Virus record (IMG/VR): IMGVR_UViG_3300045988_174813
Strand: one strand, 5' to 3'
DNA length: 64,000 bases
From: a virus
A program made the position numbers and the translations under genes. Shown here piece after piece: positions 8,316-14,994 of this stretch (within the stretch, counting starts at the first letter, position 1; each line of letters begins with the position of its first letter). The notes below the pieces were generated by a model. It was not told where the DNA came from. It ran no database searches and was given only the letters and a program-made list of their open reading frames with translations.

Positions 8316-8519
8316 TTATTTGAGCACCTTACACTCACGAATCTCAAAAGGCTTGACCCCATTATTATCCGACAATGATTTCCACCACCGTTCAGGGGTG
8401 AGCCATTTCTGCTGGTTCTCTGTGGCAAAACAATCATATAGCGTGTTGATTGCGTCTTTCTTGTTGTTGGCAACTGCGAAAAACGGATGTCCACTTGTTG
8501 TTCTAAAAACTGCTACCAT
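8316..8519 (-). CDS. hypothetical protein, 67 aa
   Basis: SD AAGGAGAAG before the ATG at 8519 (MVAVFRTTSGHPFF...). Confidence 0.6.
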   Translation of the reverse strand: MVAVFRTTSGHPFFAVANNKKDAINTLYDCFATENQQKWLTPERWWKSLSDNNGVKPFEIRECKVLK

Positions 8520-8641
8520 ATCTTTCTTCTCCTTTTGGTTATTTCTTTTATCTTTGTGATTATAATATACCATACTTTTAGAAAGAAGTCAACTAACTTC
8601 TAACCTATATTAGGTTAGAAAAGGATTGATGGCTCGCGCCA

Positions 8642-8863
8642 TCAAATCCGAACCGTGATGTCAGCCCTCACCGGCATGACAATGGTACCGGAGTCATACA
8701 CCGTCATCTCACAGGTGTCAAAATCAAATGCATTGCGTCTCCAGCCGTCACTGGTGTAGGTGTCTGCCAGTTTGAGGCACGGCTTGCCGCAACAAAGAAA
8801 AGTGTCGCCAACTTTCAGTTCACTAAATTCGACGGTTTTACGGTACTGATAAAAGATGTTCAT
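8642..8863 (-). CDS. paralog family 1 member (divergent), 73 aa
   Basis: MNIFYQYRK..VGDTFLCCGKPCLKL..; same length class and G-[DE]-x-F core; stop sits in a GATGGC-N4-GCCATC hairpin as in 3929 and 5125. Confidence 0.6.
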   Translation of the reverse strand: MNIFYQYRKTVEFSELKVGDTFLCCGKPCLKLADTYTSDGWRRNAFDFDTCEMTVYDSGTIVMPVRADITVRI

Positions 8864-8971
8864 TGGTATATCCCCTTTCAAGTTTGTATACACATTATAA
8901 CGCATATGCGCCCGTTTGTCAACCGGTTTCTAACCTATTTTAGGTTAGAAGTCCCCCTTGCGGGGGAACGC

Positions 8972-9157
8972 TTACCGCATATCCTGTCCCATATAGATAA
9001 ATTCCACACGCTTACCGACAAGATTGTGCTCCTGTCTGAACTTTTTCTTAGCGGTAGTCATAGAATACCCATAATAGACAGTATGCGCGCCGTCATAGCA
9101 AAAAGTAAGAGACGCGTTGCGCGGATTGGAACTGATGAACACGGTAGACATAGACAT
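8972..9157 (-). CDS. hypothetical protein, 61 aa
   Basis: AGGAGG SD, own promoter and palindrome. Confidence 0.6.
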   Translation of the reverse strand: MSMSTVFISSNPRNASLTFCYDGAHTVYYGYSMTTAKKKFRQEHNLVGKRVEFIYMGQDMR

Positions 9158-9302
9158 GGTAGAAACCTCCTTGTTTTTATACTTGAATTATACTATATGA
9201 TTATGGGATAGTCAAGAAAAAAATTCCCATATCTAACCTATATTAGGTTAGAAAAAATTGCAAAAAAAATTCCATACCATTATGGGATACAAAAAATTGC
9301 AA

Positions 9303-9358
9303 GAAAAAATTCCATTGCGCGGGCACCATAAAATTACTACAAAGTATGGTGTCCGCGC
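9303..9358 (-). terminator. hairpin terminator after CDS 9373-9540
   Basis: 14-bp stem GCGCGGGCACCATA / TATGGTGTCCGCGC (one mismatch) followed on the minus strand by a T-run. Confidence 0.55.
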
Positions 9359-9372
9359 CGTGTATGTATGTC

Positions 9373-9540
9373 TCAATATCTTACTTCTGTATAAAGATGT
9401 GCTACGCCAGAAATCAGAGAATACACACCTACTAACTCTTGAATTATAAACCGCGCCATAGAAATATTGCCCATATCAATCGCGCCAACACTACCAAAAA
9501 TAAGTGCAATCCCAACAATGATTTTTATCCATTTACTCAT
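9373..9540 (-). CDS. small membrane protein, 55 aa, two predicted TM segments
   Basis: SD AAGGAGAG before the ATG at 9540; MSKWIKIIVGIALIFGSVGAI...LVGVYSLISGVAHLY. Confidence 0.6.
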   Translation of the reverse strand: MSKWIKIIVGIALIFGSVGAIDMGNISMARFIIQELVGVYSLISGVAHLYTEVRY

Positions 9541-9644
9541 TAGAATACTCTCCTTTCGTTTTCTACTTATAGTATATATTATGGAAACCAAATTGTCAAT
9601 ACAGAATTATGTGAACCGCGCGAAACTCTAACCTATATTAGGTT

Positions 9645-9693
9645 AGAAAATATAGTGAAAAGAAACTTCACTACGGTAAAGTAGTGAAGTTTC
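9645..9693 (-). terminator. canonical rho-independent terminator after CDS 9700-9864, immediately followed by palindrome 9627-9647
   Basis: 13-bp stem GAAACTTCACTAC/GTAGTGAAGTTTC (9662-9693), then TTTTCACTATATTTTC on the minus strand. Confidence 0.75.
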
Positions 9694-9699
9694 CTCTAC

Positions 9700-9864
9700 T
9701 TAGTACGTATCGTACCCCATCATTTCCGCCGTGTAATCATCATCAATGGAAATAAATTCCGGGTCGTCAAAATAGAAATAAGCGATTTGGTCGGCGCTGT
9801 CGATGCTGTTGGCGACCACATAGAAATATTCTCCGGTCTGATTGTCATAATACAAATAATTCAT
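9700..9864 (-). CDS. hypothetical acidic protein, 54 aa (below the track cutoff)
   Basis: Hand translation MNYLYYDNQTGEYFYVVANSIDSADQIAYFYFDDPEF...; SD AAGGGGAAA; bracketed by a promoter and a terminator. Confidence 0.55.
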   Translation of the reverse strand: MNYLYYDNQTGEYFYVVANSIDSADQIAYFYFDDPEFISIDDDYTAEMMGYDTY

Positions 9865-10036
9865 AGTAGTTTCCCCTTGTATTTAGTTTGTGGACAAGGA
9901 ATAGGGGTCGGATGGCGGTATCACATAACGCTCTCCATCGGGTCTTTTTCCCTGTCCACATTATGAATTATACCACATTATATGGAAAAGTCAAATGGTT
10001 TCTAACCTATTTTAGGTTAGAATTATGGGATAGGAA

Positions 10037-10066
10037 AAACTTTTCCACACTAAAGTGGAAAAGTTT
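10037..10066 (-). terminator. hairpin terminator after CDS 10077-10247, followed by palindrome 10001-10021
   Basis: 12-bp stem AAACTTTTCCAC/GTGGAAAAGTTT, T-rich 3' side on the minus strand. Confidence 0.5.
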
Positions 10067-10076
10067 CCCCAAAAAA

Positions 10077-10247
10077 TTACTGGTCAATGGTGTATTCGAT
10101 TTTCCCCGTCTTGTCATTTTTCACGACAACCACGCCCGCGCCCGGAAAAGTGGCATAATTTTCGGCAAGATTTTTTGCGGTTTTGAGGGTTGCCACGCCA
10201 GAATGAAATACGGTGCGAGATTTGAAATTGATTTCGATAGTGTACAT
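10077..10247 (-). CDS. hypothetical protein, 56 aa (below the track cutoff)
   Basis: GGAGGT SD 7 nt before ATG; MYTIEINFKSRTVFHSGVATLKTAKNLAENYATFPGAGVVVVKND... Confidence 0.55.
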   Translation of the reverse strand: MYTIEINFKSRTVFHSGVATLKTAKNLAENYATFPGAGVVVVKNDKTGKIEYTIDQ

Positions 10248-10438
10248 TGTATGTACCTCCTTGATTTATTGTACCTATATGATACTATATATATACTATA
10301 TTGTCAATACCCTATCGGGATATTTCTAACCTATGTTAGGTTAGAAAAAAATTTGAGCGGGACAAAATTTCCAGCCTGTAGCTTTCATACTTTAGTGTAT
10401 GAAAGTACGGGCTCTCGCGCGGGTGCGCGAAAAAATTT

Positions 10439-10475
10439 CCAGCTCAGCTCCAGCTTCAGCTTTCAGCTCAGCTCC
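10439..10475. repeat. CAGCT short repeat patch (6 copies)
   Basis: CCAGCTCAGCTCCAGCTTCAGCTTTCAGCTCAGCTCC; related to 1531-1589. Confidence 0.7.
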
Positions 10476-10568
10476 CCTGTGAGTGGTAGGTGATGGGTGG
10501 GTTATGGGTGCATAATATATATACTATGGGCGCGCTTTGCACCTTGACGCCAAATTTCTACTTTATCC

Positions 10569-10614
10569 TGCTAAATCGTTATACTTTCGCGTGCTAAATC
10601 GCTACACTTTCACG
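10569..10614. repeat. tandem 23-bp direct repeat x2
   Basis: TGCTAAATCGTTATACTTTCGCG / TGCTAAATCGCTACACTTTCACG (20 of 23 identical). Confidence 0.8.
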
Positions 10615-10662
10615 ATGTAAAGTGCGACAGTTTATTACACTAAAGTATTATTCCATACTACA

Positions 10663-10691
10663 ATTATAACACATAATGCATAGATATGCAA
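10663..10691 (-). promoter_or_regulatory. early-type promoter (TTGCAT-17-TATAAT) 17 nt downstream of palindrome 10709-10729
   Basis: Minus strand: TTGCAT 10686-10691, TATAAT 10663-10668. Confidence 0.55.
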
Positions 10692-10912
10692 GAAAAATTT
10701 CCCCCGTTTCTAACCTATATTAGGTTAGAGAATATTTATGCATTTTGGGCGCGAATAATGCATAAACATTCAAAAAATCATAGGTTAGAAACGATTTTTT
10801 GCATAAATATTCATGCATAATATTCATGCATATTCATTCATTATGTATGGATATTTATGCAAAGTTGATTATAGGATGTATACTTTCATGCTTTAGTGTA
10901 CTAAAGTGACAG

Positions 10913-10944
10913 GATAAAAAAAGAGAGACGGATTACTCCGTCTC
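10913..10944 (-). terminator. rho-independent terminator overlapping the stop of CDS 10933-11172
   Basis: GAGACGGA-TTAC-TCCGTCTC (10925-10944) followed on the minus strand by TCTTTTTTTATCC. Confidence 0.8.
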
Positions 10945-11172
10945 CCTCTTGTTTCTCTTGCCAAACCAGTATTCGGCGTCAATTTCCGGCATATCCATAC
11001 CAGCGTACCAGTCATGCCGGTAGAAAATGTCGTATTCATCGACAACGTCGACAACGAACCAGTACGCATTTTCGGCCTCATTAATACTCACAAAACCGCG
11101 CTCTTTAATGACGCCGGTAGTGTTGGAACGGATACGAACGACAGCATTGTACTTTTTGATTTTGCTTTTCAT
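10933..11172 (-). CDS. hypothetical protein, 79 aa
   Basis: Intact ORF with a strong terminator; SD GGAG upstream. Confidence 0.65.
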   Translation of the reverse strand: MKSKIKKYNAVVRIRSNTTGVIKERGFVSINEAENAYWFVVDVVDEYDIFYRHDWYAGMDMPEIDAEYWFGKRNKRETE

Positions 11173-11220
11173 TTTTCAAACTCCTATCTAAAATTTGTAT
11201 TTTGGGATATGGCGGATTTT

Positions 11221-11493
11221 TCAATCCGCCATATCTTCCAACAACCAGCTAAAATGCTTAACCAAAATAGGCAAGTATTCAACAGCGTCATCCGCCAACA
11301 TATAGGCGGCGATCATATCGCTATTGTAGGCGATCTGCCGTTCGATCATGCCATAGCGCTTGCGGTTGTCTTTCGTGATAGGCTTGCTATTCAACATCTC
11401 AAGCGTTTTCTCAAGTGCCCTATTTTCTTTTCGCAAGGTTTCAAGGGTGTTTTCGATCTGATCGTTCATGCGTTCCATAGTAGCAATTTTCAT
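11221..11493 (-). CDS. hypothetical coiled-coil protein, 90 aa
   Basis: Intact ORF; heptad-like N-terminus (NDQIENTLETLRKENRALEKTLEML). Confidence 0.6.
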   Translation of the reverse strand: MKIATMERMNDQIENTLETLRKENRALEKTLEMLNSKPITKDNRKRYGMIERQIAYNSDMIAAYMLADDAVEYLPILVKHFSWLLEDMAD

Positions 11494-11555
11494 TTTACAT
11501 AAACCCCTATTCTTTATTTGTTGGGCGCGGTTTGCCCGCGCCCTTGTAGCTTAGT

Positions 11556-11813
11556 TTACGGCCTGTCGTATTTCGGGGATACACTGACAACCAATTCCCC
11601 GTCACCAATGCCAAAATCAAAGATACTGTAATCACGATCAAGCGCGTTGATATCGCGCACGGTAACGCCGTAATCGTCAACTAATTTACCGTCAACGACA
11701 TAGCCCGTAAGCGCAACGCGAAACGGCCTATAGTGGTAAACTTTTAAGCGCATAGGTTTACCGAAATTGTAACGCATGATAAAATCATTAAGCTCCATTT
11801 TTACACACTCCAT
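11556..11813 (-). CDS. hypothetical protein, 85 aa (alternative start at 11798)
   Basis: Intact ORF. GGAG lies 9 nt before the second ATG (MELNDF...), so 11798 may be the true start. Confidence 0.6.
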   Translation of the reverse strand: MECVKMELNDFIMRYNFGKPMRLKVYHYRPFRVALTGYVVDGKLVDDYGVTVRDINALDRDYSIFDFGIGDGELVVSVSPKYDRP

Positions 11814-11859
11814 TCTTATTTATGCGGCGCGGGAATGTATCCCGCGCCGCTTTTGCTTG

Positions 11860-12438
11860 TTAATCAATCAGTGCATAGGACAAAAGCACGGCTTTTTCGT
11901 CAGTGCTCCACGTCTTGCTGATATCAATTTTGCCTTGCGGCGTAGCGCGGTTTTTCCATCTACTATGCGGCGTTAAAATAGCTTTAATAGCCAATTCAAA
12001 AGCAACGCCGTCATAACCGCAATAACCACTATCCGGTTTTTCAACTTTTTCAAGTTGCTTGTTGAAAAGCTCTATGAATTCCGTTTCACTGATAATGTAT
12101 CCCATTTCAGCGAGAACGTCAAAGAGCTTGTCATGTTCCGACACCCAATTACGGATACGCATTTCAGATTTATTTCCCGCGGCGGCGCGATAGGTGACGC
12201 CGTTCTCACAGCTCCACTTGAACACGCGGAAACGATAGGTTTTCTTGTCCGTATCAAAACGGATAAGCTCCGCGCCGTAGCCGCCGGTAAGCATATCCCG
12301 CACACTCTCTTTGTGCATGAGAATGGCGTTCCGGTACAGCTCCGCGGGAGTGTAGCCAAACGACAATACCGTAAGCGCCGGGTTGTTGCGTTCGTTTTCC
12401 GTGAAGTTGCTAATATTTGTTTTAATCTCAAGTTTCAT
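11860..12438 (-). CDS. hypothetical protein, 192 aa, first gene of the leftward early unit
   Basis: Intact GC-rich ORF, GGAG SD, GC-rich hairpin 11824-11850 downstream; no family recognised. Confidence 0.7.
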   Translation of the reverse strand: MKLEIKTNISNFTENERNNPALTVLSFGYTPAELYRNAILMHKESVRDMLTGGYGAELIRFDTDKKTYRFRVFKWSCENGVTYRAAAGNKSEMRIRNWVSEHDKLFDVLAEMGYIISETEFIELFNKQLEKVEKPDSGYCGYDGVAFELAIKAILTPHSRWKNRATPQGKIDISKTWSTDEKAVLLSYALID

Positions 12439-12640
12439 TGTTTTAGCTCCATTCTTTAATATGATAAAGTACAGCTTAGCGTTTTGGCGGTTATTGCCAC
12501 GCTACAACATCCCCGCACCGTTGCGAAAAGGGTATAGTAACCCCTTTGCCGGCGCTCCGTCCTTGCGCGATTTACGCAAACGCATATTTACTTGACAAAG
12601 AACACCCGCCGCCGGAACTCTCGTTCCCTTGACTGTGCCC

Positions 12641-12669
12641 ATATTAACATATGCTCTAACCTATGTCAA
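12641..12669 (-). promoter_or_regulatory. leftward promoter (TTGACA-17-TAATAT) with a TCTAACCTA half site in its spacer
   Basis: Minus strand: TTGACA 12664-12669, TAATAT 12641-12646; about 195-nt GC-rich leader to the ATG at 12438. Confidence 0.5.
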
Positions 12670-12724
12670 GCACTTTTTTCGATTTTTAAAAACTTTTTTT
12701 CGCCGTGCTTATGGCGTTCTAAGC

Positions 12725-12734
12725 GGGGGGGGGG
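12725..12734. repeat. G10 homopolymer tract
   Basis: Ten consecutive G in the divergent intergenic region. Confidence 0.9.
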
Positions 12735-12744
12735 CATATCCCGC

Positions 12745-12772
12745 GCCCTTGCCCTTGCCCTTGCCCTTGCCC
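12745..12772. repeat. hexamer tandem repeat (GCCCTT) x4.5
   Basis: GCCCTTGCCCTTGCCCTTGCCCTTGCCC. Confidence 0.9.
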
Positions 12773-12847
12773 GTGACGGGGGAAGGTTTTCCGGCAGGCG
12801 GGCACACACGAATCGTGTACCCCGCCTACCTGGTACATTCTCTTCAC

Positions 12848-12931
12848 AAACCTAAAATTCCAAACCTAAAATTCCAAACCTAAAATTCCAAACCTAAAAT
12901 TCCAAACCTAAAATTCCAAACCTAAAATTTG
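12848..12931. repeat. 14-bp tandem repeat AAACCTAAAATTCC x6 (last unit degenerate)
   Basis: Five perfect units plus AAACCTAAAATTTG; the last unit overlaps the -35 of the rightward promoter. Confidence 0.95.
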
Positions 12932-12958
12932 AAATTCCTCACCCACCTGTGGTATAAT
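12929..12958 (+). promoter_or_regulatory. rightward promoter of the recoded operon (TTGAAA-18-TGgTATAAT)
   Basis: TTGAAA 12929-12934, TGG 12950-12952, TATAAT 12953-12958. Confidence 0.6.
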
Positions 12959-13023
12959 ATAAGTATGGGGCAGGAATACGCTTCTTCCCCAACCACATAC
13001 AATGGAGGTGAATTACCAAATAG

Positions 13024-14316
13024 ATGTCGGACACAAAACAAAAACGCAATCCAGCGAAGTATGTTCCGCCCTACACTCTGGATTTCTCGCTAAACGATGC
13101 AACCGCACGTTAGAAACTTGTAGATAATGTGCTGAGCGCAATGGAACGCTCTGGACGCAAGCCCAACCAAAAAGACCTAGACTTACTATCTAACTATATT
13201 TTGTGCGGAGAAGATCCCGATGGCTACAACCCAGTACGCTCCAAAGACATAGAACTTGTCGGCTACTCCACTCCCGCACGGCCAAAAGAGTAGTCCCTGG
13301 AAGCCCTAGTGGAAAGTCCCACTTTTTCGGAGTCTCTCTTTCGCCAAGGCCCAACACGTTACACCATCCCAAAACCCAATCTGGAGCGCGCATCCTTCGA
13401 TCCATCCCTAAGTGTTGCGCCTGTCCCCCAAAACGATGGGGCCCGCGCTACACAATCAAACCAACAATCCGATTCTTCTCCTGCCTTGGAGTGTATGAGA
13501 GCTCTTTGGAAGCGTATTGACCGCCTAGATGATGCACTTACTAACCAAGGTCTAACCTCCCAACAAACCTACCACCTACGCAAACTTCTCCTCGAACTTC
13601 GTCGAGAACAATACACCATTGGCGACTTCATAAAACCCCAAATACAACTCCATTCAGTTGTGTAGGATAAATATCGAGGGGGAGAAGAAACCCAAGGACT
13701 TCTTTGGGATACGGACGCATTTCCCATACTTCCTATGGGCCTGTATAATGCGCGTCATCCTTAGACTAAATTCTCTAAACCATATACTATAAACTTACCT
13801 GATGAGCCTTTGCGCGAGCCAAAGAACAATTGCTTCTTGGACTTCCGTAATTGGAAGCACATTTACTGGATGAATGAGTTTAGAGAAGATTTGGAAGATT
13901 GGAGTGTGGGTGATGCGGAAAGCGCGATCCCCGCCTTATACGCCACGTTGGACTTTTACACTAATCTTGCCCATTTGCGCCCCGCGCAAAAACTTATATT
14001 CCAACTAAAATCCCAAAATTACACCAACGAGTTCATTTGTAGGGTACTACACGAAAAGTTGGGGGTAGACTACAGTGAACCCTACATTTCCACTATATAT
14101 ACCAAGCAAATTTGTAAAGGAATAGCCAATGCCGCGCAACTCCATTGGGATACTTTTTGCGCGCGTAAGAACCCCAAAAGCTTCAAACAGTGTAAGGATT
14201 GTGGAGCAGTGCTACTTATGGATGGGCGCAATTTTGCCCAGTCTTCCCGTAATGCGGGGGGATGGAATTGCAGGTGTAAGTGGTGTGAGAGATAGAAACG
14301 TAAGGCCCAGTAGTAA
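13024..14316 (+). CDS. first gene of the rightward operon, 430 aa with 6 in-frame TAG; HTH-like segment plus C-terminal zinc ribbon (regulator or DNA-recognition subunit?)
   Basis: Joins track ORFs 13309-13665 and 13810-14295 (same frame, separated only by TAG) and ends in TAA. ..LRPAQKLIFQLKSQNYTNEFICRVLHEKLGVDYSEPYISTIY.. resembles sigma region 4 / HTH. CKDC...CRCKWC. The SD is far (15 nt) from the ATG. Confidence 0.55.
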
Positions 14317-14482
14317 TTGGGCATTTTATACAATAATCTATATAAAAGATGGATAAATTTTTGGACTGCGCGCACAGACAATTGCGTAGTCTTGGAGGAA
14401 CACATTGCGTTATAGTAAGATAAAGAAATAGATTGGAGTTGAAGTAAGCTCCGAAGAACTACTTCACTTTGTGGAGTAGAGT

Positions 14483-14983
14483 ATGAAGTTGAATCCTGTA
14501 GAGTTTATGGGACTTTTGAAGATTATGTGTGTTGATGGCTGGGTGAGAGGATGTCCTAGGGTGGGGGGTAGTTTATTGGGAAACTAGGAAAATGAAGTGC
14601 CTAGTAGTTCCCCTCTTGAGCCTGCTACGCAGGCTCAAGAGGCAGAAGAAATTGGATTTACTTCCGAATCGCAGGTGCGCGAGCCCATGAATTTGTAGAA
14701 TGGAGAGATATCCATTGAGGAAAATGATGCTACCCGCGCCCTCAAAATAGATAGTGTAAGTGAGACATCCAATTGTGAGTCTAATTTAGATTGCGCGGGC
14801 TCCATAAAAATGGAGCATGAAACCAAACTAAAATCTAAATCTCACCGAACTACGCGGCCTCTTGAGGAAATGTTATCTGAGGTAATTGATACATACCTCA
14901 CCCTTGGACGAAAACAACGTCAAGAAATAGCGGTTCTCTTATATTAGATAACCGAAGAAAAGGAAAAGAAAACTTAGAAATAA
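14483..14983 (+). CDS. hypothetical protein, 166 aa with 4 in-frame TAG
   Basis: Single frame open except for TAG, ends in TAA. Low-complexity acidic/Ser-rich middle. The start is uncertain because the frame stays open upstream. Confidence 0.4.
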
Positions 14984-14994
14984 GGAGGCTAGAT

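Larger units (their letters stand above)
10346..10655 (-). ncRNA. candidate ORF-less early transcript (about 300 nt) driven by promoter 10663-10691
   Basis: A complete palindrome plus promoter unit is followed by no SD and no ORF longer than 3 codons. Contains a tandem 23-nt repeat, a C-rich tract and (AGCTG)n. Ends near hairpin 10382-10405 and the next palindrome. Confidence 0.3.
1786..10729. repeat. dispersed family of 22 copies of the 21-bp palindrome TCTAACCTA-NNN-TAGGTTAGA
   Basis: Core starts at 1786, 2370 (outermost pair imperfect), 3398, 3890, 4212, 4526, 5086, 5408, 5956, 6333, 6830, 7257, 7579, 7864, 8253, 8599, 8929, 9232, 9627, 10001, 10325 and 10709. The 9-bp arms are invariant and only the central 3 nt vary. 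Half sites lie at 10781-10789 and 12655-12663. Confidence 0.95.

Noticed and set aside
1786-10729. Palindrome array as a CRISPR array
   Set aside because: The spacing is 290-1010 bp and irregular. Each interval contains a promoter, an SD and an ORF. The repeat is a perfect 21-bp palindrome, and no cas genes are present.
1786-10729. Palindromes as ordinary rho-independent terminators
   Set aside because: The stem is AT-rich with a 3-nt loop and no downstream U-tract. Several units already have a separate hairpin, some with a U-tract, immediately upstream (5445-5464, 9662-9693). The fixed helical phasing to the -35 argues for a DNA-level site. A contribution to RNA 3' ends is not excluded.
12848-12931. 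14-bp tandem repeat as a mini-CRISPR or coding repeat
   Set aside because: It has no spacers and the units are contiguous. It is AT-rich, lies in an intergenic region, and fuses to a promoter -35.
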